The translations under genes and the position numbers were made by a program. A stretch of 63,214 nt of DNA, filler included, from Octopus bimaculoides (taxonomy: Eukaryota), in assembly GCF_001194135.2 (NCBI RefSeq). It is 4 parts of 4 records of this genome, joined end to end, with 100 filler letters (N's around TTAATTAATTAA, not from the genome) between each part and the next. Parts side by side here need not be neighbours in the genome. Positions count along the whole stretch, not along the records: positions 39,742 to 60,517 come from NC_068996.1; 3 more parts are not named here. The stretch is one strand, 5' to 3'. Under the pieces are notes generated by a model. The model worked only from the letters and a program-made list of their open reading frames with translations. It was not told the origin of the DNA and did no database searches. Each line of letters starts with the position of its first letter. Within the stretch, counting starts at the first letter, position 1. Positions 39,642 to 51,282 of the stretch are shown piece after piece.

Positions 39642-39741
39642 NNNNNNNNNNNNNNNNNNNNNNNNNNNNNNNNNNNNNNNNNNNNTTAATTAATTAANNN
39701 NNNNNNNNNNNNNNNNNNNNNNNNNNNNNNNNNNNNNNNNN
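39642..39741. other. Artificial scaffold-join linker N44-TTAATTAATTAA-N44
   Basis: Same construct as 19291-19390. Confidence 0.9.
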
Positions 39742-39788
<47 letters not shown>

Positions 39789-40359
39789 ATATGTATATAT
39801 ATATATGTATATATAGGTATGTATGCATGTATGTATGTATATTTATGTTTGTGTCTGTGTTTGTCCTCCTACCATCGCTTGGCAACCGATGCTGGTGTGT
39901 TTATGTCCCTGTAACTTAGCAGTTCGGCAAAAGTAACTGAGAGAATAAGTATTAGGCTTACAAAGAATAAGTCCTGGGGTCAATTTCTTCAACTAAAACC
40001 CTTCAAGGCAGTGCTCCAGTATGGCTACAGTCAGATGACCGAAACAAGCAAAAGAATGACAGAATGTGTTTATAAAGACATATTCTCATGGATGTATAGA
40101 AACATTTGCATGGGCAAAAAGTTTACTTTGCTTATGTCGTATCATGTTCAACCTCACTTTACAGCAATGTGATTATCTTTCCATGTGGCTGTGGCTGATC
40201 TTGGGTTCAATCCATCTCTGCAGCACCTTAGACAACAAGCTGATCAAAACTTTGTGTGGATTTGATAGAATAATGACTCCGACAAGTAACAGATGAATAA
40301 TAGGTAAAAGAGTAACAGAGTATGATTTGTCTTCTGTGTATCTGTGTGTGTGTGTGTGT

Positions 40360-40745
40360 ATCATCATCATCATCATCATCATTTAATGTCTGCTTTCCAT
40401 GCTGGCATGGGTTGGACGGTTTGACTGGGGACTGGTGAAACCAGATGGCTGCACCAGGCTCCAATCTGATCTGGCAGAGCTTCTACAGCTGGATGCCCTT
40501 CCTAACGCCAACCACTCCGAGAGTGTAGTAAGTGCTTTTACGTGCCACCGGCACGGAGGCCAGTCAGACGGTACTGGCAACGGCCATGCTCAAATGGTGT
40601 TTTTATGTGCCACCTGCACAGGAGCCAGTCCAGCGGCACTGGCAACGATCTCGCTCGAATGTCTTTACACGTGCCACCGGCACAAGTGCCAGGAAGGCGA
40701 CGCTGGGCACAGGTGTCATCATAATTTCGCTTTCACTTGCCCCAA
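40360..40745 (-). mobile_element. SINE-like family S4 with (GAT)n tail; other copies at about 10600-10775, 18415-18720, 43165-43475 (+), 47739-48149, 48762-48984 (+), 52467-52697
   Basis: (atc)n-atttaa.gtc.gctttccatgctggcatgggttggacg...ctggatgcccttcctaacgccaaccactc..agagtgtagt recurs at all listed loci. Confidence 0.75.
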
Positions 40746-40814
40746 CAGGTCTTTGCAAGCCGAGTTTCGTGTCCAATGAAGGAAGGTACGCATAAGAGGG
40801 CATATATATATATA

Positions 40815-41240
40815 TATGATCTGATAGATTATAAAATTCACTCTGTGTGTGTCTATTTCCTCTATGCACAGCCAAACTGCTGAAGATTGGCATGAAGATT
40901 TTTTATTATTCAGGGAAGGTTCTAGGAGCATCAAATTTTGGCCCTAGCTCATATAGGGGGCTGTAGCCCCCACCCCCTATATGACTCTTCTGACTTTTTT
41001 CTTTTCAACAGTATAATACCAAATTTGGCATGAAGGTTTTTCATTACTCAGGGAAGATTCTAAGGGGTCAAATTTTGGCCCTTGCCCATATAGGGGGCTG
41101 TAGCCCCCTTCCACTATACGACCCTTCCAATTTTTTTTTTTAGTGGTATAATATTGTTTCACTTTTGATAACACTATAATATTGTTTCACTTTTATTCTT
41201 TCACATTTGATAAGACTATAATATTGTTTATACTATATAC
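40815..41240 (+). mobile_element. Helitron-like non-autonomous element with an internal tandem repeat of about 138 bp
   Basis: Two units ttggcatgaag...cagggaag.ttcta.g...tcaaattttggccct...catatagggggctgtagccccc (starting 40887 and 41025), each ending in a GGGGGC-TGTA-GCCCCC hairpin, followed by about 3 copies of a 27-28 bp unit (ataatattgtttcactttt). The repeat is seen directly; the Helitron class is inferred. Confidence 0.45.
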
Positions 41241-41489
41241 ATACAACTGCTTACAAAAATAAGAGATTAATGTATAATTTTTTTCTATGTTCATAATTTT
41301 TTGTTTACAATATTGAAAGATGCTACCAACGAAAAGATGTAATCTCTCCAGAAACAACTATAAAGCAAGGAGGATTGTAGAAAACTGAAGGCAAGAGTCT
41401 CAACAGAGAAGGGAGATGAGACTTTCCCAAGATCAGTTATAGCTTCAGGCTGATCAAAGCCTTGTGAGTGGATTTCGTAGACAGAAACT

Positions 41490-41722
41490 AAGGCGACAAG
41501 CTGGCAGAAACGTTAGCGCGCCAGGTGAAATGCTTAGCGGTATTTCGTCTGCCCTTACATTCTGAGTTCAAATTCCGCCGAGGTCGACTTTGCCTTTCAT
41601 CCTTTCGGGGTCAATAAATTAAGTACCAGGTACGCACTGGAGTCGATGTAATCGACTTAATCCATTTGTCTGTCCTTGTTTGTCCCCTCTATGTTTAACC
41701 CCTTGTGGGCAATAAAGAAATA
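41490..41722 (+). mobile_element. S2 SINE nested in the head of an S1 SINE, with TSD
   Basis: Full S2 copy flanked by AGAAACT at 41483-41489 and 41723-41729. The S1 host resumes and runs across the gap to its tail at about 42850. Confidence 0.85.
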
Positions 41723-41762
41723 AGAAACTGAAAGAAGCCCGTCATATATAAGTATATATATG

Positions 41763-41861
<99 letters not shown>

Positions 41862-42579
41862 ATGTATATATATGTATATATACATATNNNNNNNNNNNNN
41901 NNNNNNNNNNNNNNNNNNNNNNNNNNNNNNNNNNNNNNNNNNNNNNNNNNNNNNNNNNNNNNNNNNNNNNNNNNNNNNNNNNNNNNNNNNNNNNNNNNNN
42001 NNNNNNNNNNNNNNNNNNNNNNNNNNNNNNNNNNNNNNNNNNNNNNNNNNNNNNNNNNNNNNNNNNNNNNNNNNNNNNNNNNNNNNNNNNNNNNNNNNNN
42101 NNNNNNNNNNNNNNNNNNNNNNNNNNNNNNNNNNNNNNNNNNNNNNNNNNNNNNNNNNNNNNNNNNNNNNNNNNNNNNNNNNNNNNNNNNNNNNNNNNNN
42201 NNNNNNNNNNNNNNNNNNNNNNNNNNNNNNNNNNNNNNNNNNNNNNNNNNNNNNNNNNNNNNNNNNNNNNNNNNNNNNNNNNNNNNNNNNNNNNNNNNNN
42301 NNNNNNNNNNNNNNNNNNNNNNNNNNNNNNNNNNNNNNNNNNNNNNNNNNNNNNNNNNNNNNNNNNNNNNNNNNNNNNNNNNNNNNNNNNNNNNNNNNNN
42401 NNNNNNNNNNNNNNNNNNNNNNNNNNNNNNNNNNNNNNNNNNNNNNNNNNNNNNNNNNNNNNNNNNNNNNNNNNNNNNNNNNNNNNNNNNNNNNNNNNNN
42501 NNNNNNNNNNNNNNNNNNNNNNNNNNNNNNNNNNNNNNNNNNNNNNNNNNNNNNNNNNNNNNNNNNNNNNNNNNNNNNN

Positions 42580-42611
<32 letters not shown>

Positions 42612-44340
42612 TTGTATGTGTGTGTGTGTGTGTGTGTGTTTGTGTGTCTGTGTTTGTTCCTGAAACATCGCTTGACAACTGATGCTGGTGTGTTTACATC
42701 CCCGTAACTTAGCAGTTCGGCAAAAAGGACCAATAGAATAAGTACTAGGCTCACAAAGAATAAGTCTTGGGGTCGATTTGATCGACTAAAGGTGGTGCTC
42801 CAGCATAGCCACAGTCAAAGGAACTGAAACAAATAAAAGAATAAAAGAATAGGATGACTGTAGCATGGAAGACACACAGCCACTCAGAAAAAAAAAGAAC
42901 AACTTAACTTCACTTAGACATTTATTGTTTATAATAAGGTGTTAAAATCGTTGTCACTCAAAACTGAAGTGCAACTCTTTTGGCAGTGACATGTTTGTAG
43001 TTTTGAGTGATGAAAATTTTGACATTACATTACAAACACTACATGTTTAACTGAAGTTCAAGGTCTTTGCGTGTTTTGGAATGGCTGACACATGCCTTCC
43101 GTACTGCAATCATTTTCGTTTCCACACATGATCTCAGATAAAAGCACAGTGATTTGCTGTGTGAGACGTGTCAAGCTAAGTGAGGTCATGGCCAGTGCAG
43201 GTGACACGTAAAAGGCACCTGCGTGCTGGTGACACATAAAAGGTCTCTGTGCCAGGGGGGACATGTAAAGGGCACCCATGCCAGTGACACATTAAAGACA
43301 CCCAGTACACTTTGTAAAGTGGTTGGCGTTAAGAAGGGCATCCAGCCGTAGAAACCAAGGCAAAACCGGCGGCTGGGGTCTGGTGCAGCTCTCCGGCTTA
43401 CCAGCTTGATTCAAACCATTTAACCCATGCCAGCAAGGTAAAACGGATTTTAAATGATTATGATGATGATGATGACTGATTTTGCTTTTTTGCTTGTTAT
43501 TTTATTTTTCCAGATTTTAATCTGTCCTGGGAAGTCTTTTGCATGGATAATCTGAGTTCTTTTATCTTTTATTGTTGTTTTACATGTTTCAGTCATTAGA
43601 CTGTGGCCATGCTGGTGGCACCACCTTGAAGAACCTTTAGTCGAAGAATCAACACTAGTGCTTATTTTTTTAAAAGCTTGGCACTTGTTCTTTCAGTCTC
43701 ATTTGCTGAACTGTTAGGTTATAGGGAGGTTAACACACCAACATCAGTTGTCAAGCAGTGTTAGGGAACAAACACAGACACAAGCACACACACATACATG
43801 CACACAAACACAAACACATGCACACAAAAACACACACACACACACATGCATATATGGCAGGCTTCTTCCACTTCTATCTACCATATCCACTCATGAGGCT
43901 TTGGTTGGCCTGGGGCCAAAGTAAAAGACACTTGCCCAAGGTGGCACACACAGTGGGACTGAACCCACAACTGTGTGATTGTGGAGGAAATGAGGAAGAT
44001 AGGGAGTAGGAGGAGGTGGTGAAAAAGAAGAAGAAGGAGAAGGAGAAGAAGAAGAAGAAGAAGGAGGAGGAGAAGAAGAGGAGGAGTAGGAAACAAAAAA
44101 GTGAGTTGTAATGGTGCTGTTACAAATTGTTTTTTTTTTTTTATGGCAACTCCATTACTATTTAATAAACTAGTGTCTAGTCAACAAAGAATTTGCTACA
44201 GTGTTGCTTGATCTACTCAAAGTAACTGCTAAATTCCTCTCAAATTACCTGAAGCTACCATCTTACTTTACAAGTATGATGATCAAGTTAGATTCCACTT
44301 GCATGAGACTTTGGGTGAATGTTTCAAAAAGTCAAGTTTC

Positions 44341-44740
44341 TACAAGAGTCAGCTGAAAAGTTCATATCCTGACCAAGATATTCTCATGGAGTATGACCAA
44401 ATAAGGTTTATTTTTTTGACATAGCCCTTCCTTGTGGTCCACATACTTCTTCCATCGGTGTTGCAGTGCTTGGATCCCGTTGGTGAAGGAGCTTTCATCC
44501 TGTTAGTCATAAAAATCATCAACAGCAGATATGACATCATCATCACTGCAATATTGGTTCCCAGCCAAGTGTTTTTTTTAATGTTTACATTGGACAATAG
44601 ATGATGGTCAGATAGGGCGAAATCAGGAGAATAGGGATGGTGATCAACCAGTTCAAAACCAGTTACACACAGCAGCCATTGAAACCAAGGATTTGTTTGT
44701 TATATACAGCATTGTCCTAATGAAATGAAACACCTTTTGT
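44341..44740 (-). mobile_element. mariner transposase relic, C-terminal end plus 3' TIR region
   Basis: Minus strand: KGVSFH*DNA..SMAAVCNWFELVDHHPYSPDFALSDHHL...NQYCSDDDVISAVDDF..QDESSFTNGIQALQHRWKKYVDHK (YSPDLAPxD motif of DD34D mariners). TA-anchored TIR-like tacaagagtcagctgaaaagttcat at 44341. Confidence 0.85.
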
Positions 44741-45362
44741 AGTAGAACAAAGGTTTGTGAGTGAAATTTAGTTGACAAAAACCATGTGGGAGCTGATGGA
44801 AGAAACCATTCCTCTGCTGGGGTGGTACACTTCATTGTGTTACCTGGTTTAATACCACTCCTTTTGCACTTCAATGAGTACCTTCAAAAATCCCTTTTTG
44901 TTAGAAGCGTTCAGACAAGACCTCTTGTCTGAAGATAGCTTCCGCCCAGCAGTCTTGGAGATTCTGAAAAATATCATGGAAACTTCCCTCCCTCTCACCA
45001 GTTTCAGAGACCTCAAGAAACAGACCAGTTTAAATGTAAAAGGTTTAATAGGCTTTTGTTTTTAATCTTTCCTCTCTATAGTTGTGTCCACACCTTGTAC
45101 TGAGATCTAAGTCAATGCCATTTGCTAGAAAGCAAACAAACGACAAGATTAATACACTTGATACCAGCTAACAGGGGTACACCATAAAAACCGGGTATAC
45201 AATTTCTTGCATTAATTTTAAACATATATGTGTTTTATAAAAACAATGGTCAATTTTTCTACATAATGTTTAAAACAGCCTGACTCACTTCCCACACGTG
45301 CACACAGTCATTCACACACACACACACACATATACAAACACTTACATGTGCACATATATGTG

Positions 45363-45422
<60 letters not shown>

Positions 45423-45721
45423 GCCTGTACTGAAACAAAGTATATAAGATAGATATACATTGAAACATGAACAGTCAGTAGAGGTATATGTTCCTTGTGT
45501 CCTACTAATACATTTATTCACAATTTCTATGCATTTCACATTGTTTACATTAATTACAAACATGGTGTCCTGGCTCAGAAAATAACATCACAGATGACAA
45601 ATCCACCAGTTTAATCAAGAATATGAATAAGGTTGTTGTTTTAAGTGTTTGCTACAATGATACAGCACATTCCTATAGTTACACGTATTATTAGCACAGC
45701 GACACATATTAATCATTAATT

Positions 45722-45725
45722 AAAA

Positions 45726-45789
<64 letters not shown>

Positions 45790-46004
45790 CCTTTCTACTA
45801 AAGGCACAAGGCCTGAAATTTTGGGGGAGGGGACAAGTTGATTACACTGACCCCAGTGTTTCACTGGTGCTTAATTTATCAACCTCAAAGTCAATCCCGG
45901 CTGGATTTGAACTCAGAACATAGCAATGGGCGAAATACCAGTAAGCATTTCGCCCAGTGAGCTAACGATTCTGCCAGTTCGCTGCCTTAGAATATTATTA
46001 TTAT

Positions 46005-46049
<45 letters not shown>

Positions 46050-46195
46050 CCTTTCTACTAAAAGTACAAGGCCTGAAATTTGGTGAGAGGGGTCTAGTTG
46101 ATTATATCAACCCCAGTGTTTCACTGGTATTTAATTTTTTTTACCCCGAAAGGATGTTAGGCAAAGTCAACCTCAGTGGAATTTTAACTAATAAT
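45722..46195 (-). mobile_element. Two tandem S2 SINE copies (tail type B), each ending in an (ATT)n run
   Basis: (taa)n-cctttctactaaa.g.acaaggcctgaaattt.gg...ccccagtgtttcactggt..ttaattt occurs at about 45790 and 46050. Confidence 0.75.
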
Positions 46196-46200
46196 AATGA

Positions 46201-46543
46201 TTTTTTTTTTATTGGCCACAAGGGCCCAGGACATGCAGGATAATATTGAAGGACAAGTTACAGCATGCAAAAAAAAAACCCAACAAAACAAAAATTACAA
46301 AAAACACGTGGGGGTTAACATCGATCAAGGGGAGATAATACCACATTAAAGGATATGAGAGGGTATATAATAGAAAGTAGAGAAATAAATAAACAAATAA
46401 CTAAATAAATGGAATCCCCAAAAGTGGGGCAGTCCACTTAGGACAGATTATTCTACCATCTCCAAGGCATGAGAAAATATCCTCTTCCAATTTCTTTCCT
46501 CCTGCTTAGAAGGAATAGACCCATTCAGTCTCACTAGTCTTGT
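46201..46543 (-). mobile_element. Poly(A)-tailed 3' end of a non-LTR retroelement inserted in (TAA)n (clade unassigned)
   Basis: Minus strand ends ...gtccttcaatattatcctgcatgtcctgggcccttgtggccAATAAAAAAAAAA. A short ORF remnant TRLVRLNG...WKRIFSHALEMVE* lies upstream. (TAA)n on both sides. Confidence 0.5.
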
Positions 46544-46544
46544 G

Positions 46545-46596
<52 letters not shown>

Positions 46597-46730
46597 TAAT
46601 AATAATAAGTGAATTACATTTTTCAACTTGGGGCATTTGAGTTTTGTAAGAGATTTGTTAGGCCTACGGCACCAAAGATTTTGCCATTTTTGACATTTTG
46701 GAGTGTCGAGTGATGTTTTTGAAGGAGGCT

Positions 46731-47156
46731 CTTTTATTCTTTTATTCTTTTATTTGTTTCAGTCATTTGACTGTGGCCATGCTGGAGCACCGCCTTTAGT
46801 CGAGCAAATCGACCCCAGGAATTATTCTTTGTAAGCCAAGTACTTATTCTATCGGTCTCTCTTGCCGAACCGCTAAGTTACGGAGACGTAAACACACCAG
46901 CATTGGTTGTCAAGCGATGTTGGGGGGACAAAACACAGACACACAAGCATATACACACACATACATACATATATATATATATATACATATATATGAAGGG
47001 CTTCTTTCAGTTTCCGTCTACCAAATCCACTCACAAGGCTTTGGTCGGCCCAAGGCTATAGTAGACAACACTTGCCCAAGGTGCCATGCAGTGGGACTGA
47101 ACCCGGAACCATGTGGTTGGTAAGCAAGCTACTTATCATACAGCCACTCCTGCGCA
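46731..47156 (-). mobile_element. S1 SINE, full-length young copy; partial copies at about 43570-43980, 50095-50215, 54480-54790, 56385-56680, 59255-59460
   Basis: Same head, microsatellite and tail architecture as 1153-1544, with most CpGs retained. Confidence 0.85.
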
Positions 47157-50100
47157 TAGTTTTTTAGCATCACAGACTTACAATCGACCATGAAAATGCC
47201 TCAAAGACTTTTCAAGAGAGATACACCTGCATTTGCTAATGGCTTATATACGTGAAGTCATTGCACAGGTTTTTTAGTTATTAATTTATAAAGTTTTTAT
47301 TCATTTTTTTTTTTGCTCGTTTACATTCATGATTTTATTAAACCATTCGTTATTCTTGTAAATTGTATTCTCTAGTAATTTGATAGTTCTTTAATAATTA
47401 CTATTATGTGTTTTTAGTTGTTTGTATTTTTTGAGATAAAGAAAAATGTTAAATGCTAAAAAAACAAATAAAACAAATAAAACAAATAAACAAATGAATA
47501 ACAATTGTTAAATAATGGTTTAACTATTACTTCCATTCTATCCACCCAGTTTTCCAACATCATAAATGATGATATTTGAAGAGCAGATTTCAAATTTTGT
47601 CACATTTACTAGCTATTTTTAAAAATGGCTACAGCTGCTTTTACCAGCATGCGTAAATAACAAAAACACATGTGCACATACACACATATATATACACATG
47701 TATACAAATATATACATGAATATACATACATCTAAATATCATCATCATCATCATCATCATCATTGTTTAATGTCCTCCTTCCATGCTGATACGGGTTGGG
47801 CAGTTTGATAGGAGCTGGCCAAACAGGAGCATGTGTTATGCTTCTGTGTCTGTTTTGACATAGTTTTTACAACTGGATGTCCTTTCTAACACTGACCACT
47901 TTGTAGAGTGAGCTGAGTGCTTTTTATGCGGCACTCAGTACAGGTGAGGTCAGTTTTGACAAGGTTTTTACAGCTGGATGCCCTTCCAACTGCCAACCAT
48001 TTTATAGTGTGGACCGGGTGCTTTTTAAGTGGCATCTGCACTGGCAGGGTCACCAAATGACTTTGCAAGGCAGAGTCTTTGAGAGGGGAGGAGGAATTGG
48101 AGGAGAAGATCTTTGAAATGTTGAAAGATTAGAGTGTGACAGAGAGGCANNNNNNNNNNNNNNNNNNNNNNNNNNNNNNNNNNNNNNNNNNNNNNNNNNN
48201 NNNNNNNNNNNNNNNNNNNNNNNNNNNNNNNNNNNNNNNNNNNNNNNNNNNNNNNNNNNNNNNNNNNNNNNNNNNNNNNNNNNNNNNNNNNNNNNNNNNN
48301 NNNNNNNNNNNNNNNNNNNNNNNNNNNNNNNNNNNNNNNNNNNNNNNNNNNNNNNNNNNNNNNNNNNNNNNNNNNNNNNNNNNNNNNNNNNNNNNNNNNN
48401 NNNNNNNNNNNNNNNNNNNNNNNNNNNNNNNNNNNNNNNNNNNNNNNNNNNNNNNNNNNNNNNNNNNNNNNNNNNNNNNNNNNNNNNNNNNNNNNNNNNN
48501 NNNNNNNNNNNNNNNNNNNNNNNNNNNNNNNNNNNNNNNNNNNNNNNNNNNNNNNNNNNNNNNNNNNNNNNNNNNNNNNNNNNNNNNNNNNNNNNNNNNN
48601 NNNNNNNNNNNNNNNNNNNNNNNNNNNNNNNNNNNNNNNNNNNNNNNNNNNNNNNNNNNNNNNNNNNNNNNNNNNNNNNNNNNNNNNNNNNNNNNNNNNN
48701 NNNNNNNNNNNNNNNNNNNNNNNNNNNNNNNNNNNNNNNNNNNNNNNNNNNNNNNNNNNNNGTTGCCTGTATCGCCTGACTGGCCTTCGTGCAGGTGACA
48801 CGTAAAAACACCTACTACACTCTCTGAGTGGTTGGCGTTAAGAAGGGCATCCAGCTGTAGAAACTCTGCCAAATTTAGATTGGAGCCTGGTGTTGCCATC
48901 CGGTTTCACCAGTCCTCAGTCAAGTCGTCCAGCCCATGCTAGCATGGAAAGCAGACGTTAAACGATGTTGATGATGATGATGATAGGGTGATAAATTGAA
49001 TATTAATTCAATTTAAAACCAAGTGGCCTAGCAGAAAGAAGAAAGCTAATTCAAAGACTACAGATCCAATCCATCACTGGAACTGTAAAAATCTGCAAAA
49101 CTTTCCTGTCTAGATATGAAAGTATATGCATGAGAAGACATACATAAAGCAAAACAAACACATCTACACATATACATACATACAAACAGAAATACCCTGT
49201 TGTTGTTGAACTTCCAATGAAGGAGCCTCGAATCTAGGTTAGAAACTGATTCTTTCTCTATTAGCAAGAAATCTTGAAATAATATAGAACAATGACATAC
49301 ATACATATAAGTAATAATTTTATAGCTGGCTATATATACACCTTTACAACTGTTTGTATAACATCTCACCTGTAAAGCAGTGTACAATCGGTCAAAATGA
49401 TCATAATGAATAACAAAGAATCCCATCAATTCCTTTTTCTTTCTCTCATATATTATGCACACACACACACAGAGTCAGACAATGTCAAAATTGTTATGAC
49501 ATTTGATCAACATTGATTCATATTATTTTTATGCTTTACTTACAAATTTTCACTACAACTCTCTGCCAACATTTTTCAATGGTTTTGTGACAAAGAAGCT
49601 TCCTTTCCACCTATGGAGCATTGGATTTACTTCCTGTGTTTAACACATAAGGCAAGTATCTTCTACTATGGCCTTGGACTAACCAAACAAAGCCTTTAAG
49701 TGAATTTGGTACAGGAAACTAAAGAACAAAACCCATCAGACAAACACCCATGCACATACATATTAGTAGTAACACAAAGTGATGATGGTAAACTAAACAA
49801 ACTTCATGTTAGTTCAAATATGCTTGAGAAATATTCCAACATCACTGCGGTTTACCGCGGAGAAAACAATTCTTACTCATGTTAAAAGATGTAAAGATAC
49901 CACTATCAACTCGAAGAACCTTCTGTGGCCCACTGGATGTACATTTCTGGCTCATTTGTTCATCTAGTTGCCCACAGAGAGCACTTTAAGCTGATAATGG
50001 TGTATTTATACTTTTTAATAATAATCTTTTCTACTCTAGGCACAAGGTCCGAAATTTTGGGGGAGGCAGGGCCAGTCAATTAGATCGACCCCACAAGGCT

Positions 50101-50216
50101 TTGGTTGGTCCAAGGCTATAGTAGAAGACACTTGCCCAAGGTGCCACACAGTGGGACTGAACCCAGAACCATGTGGTTGGTAAGCAAGCTACTTACCACA
50201 CAGTCACTCCTGCGCC

Positions 50217-50267
<51 letters not shown>

Positions 50268-50332
50268 TACATACATACATACATGCACACATACATACAT
50301 GTGTCTATGTGTGTGTGTGTATATATGTATAT

Positions 50333-50377
<45 letters not shown>

Positions 50378-50469
50378 GTTTACATATACACAGTCTGGAA
50401 GACCTAACTAAATATGACATACCTAACCTGAAGTATTAAAGAACCATGTTGAACTGCTTGAAAAAAAGT

Positions 50470-50870
50470 GGGGGTATTGTATGAGACTGAAGTTAGACAG
50501 ATGCTACCTGACGCAGTAATTATCTAATTTTCTAACAGATGTAGTTTTATATCAATATTTCTGGAATTAGATATTGCTGAAATGAAATGGTAAAAGATTT
50601 GCTCAGCTCCTCTGATTGAGAGAGTGATTTTTCTCAGCATGGCAGCATTTCAAAAGGGCTAAAAGAGTTGATTAAATAGAGAAGAAGTAATGCATATTTA
50701 AATGGTTAATAGGTGTGGCAACATTTTCTATTAAAGCTAAAACATGATGAATTGGAAGTGAATAATGTTGAGTTGTATGTAAAAAAAGATGACTGACATT
50801 TTATAGTATCTGAAAGGTAATGAAGAAGATTGCTCTGTAGCAGAAAGTAGTCAGTAAGACTAAATGTATT
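50470..50870 (+). mobile_element. Old RTE-like LINE fragment, C-terminal ORF region
   Basis: LYETEVRQML...LELDIAEMKW...LIER...LKELIK*RR resembles the RTE C-terminal LY...VR..ML...LE.AEM..LRW...RRL.W pattern. Many stops. Confidence 0.45.
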
Positions 50871-51282
50871 ATGAGTTTTGTATTTACTTTTATGTCTTTC
50901 ATGTTACTGTAGGTTCAAATCCTGCTTGGGGCTGAATTTCCTTTCTTCTCAGATCTTTTTTTTTCTTCTGGAAAAGATAATTACCAATTCTTGTTGTTGT
51001 GTGTAACCTCCAGGTGAACCTTAATTGAGCAAACCAGTTGTTTTTTGGGGTTTTTTTGTGTTGTGTGTGTGGTGGTGGTGGTGGGGATTATTTTCTTTTC
51101 AGCCATAATGTATCTAAGATTATAATATCCGTTGTGCCGTTTCCTTTTTAAAACAAAAGGGTGTGAGTTGAAGAAAAGTTAGTTACTATTTATAGCAGGT
51201 CAAGCAAGTGTGTAGCAGCTTCTACATTGAATGATTACTAAAAACTTCTTTCAGGCAAGGAAGCTAAGTTTTGTAGTATTCA

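Noticed and set aside
50421-50454. 34-nt minus microexon (AVQHGSLILQV) with good splice sites
   Set aside because: Phase-compatible with the 49.9 kb exon but with no motif support; left out of the integrin model.
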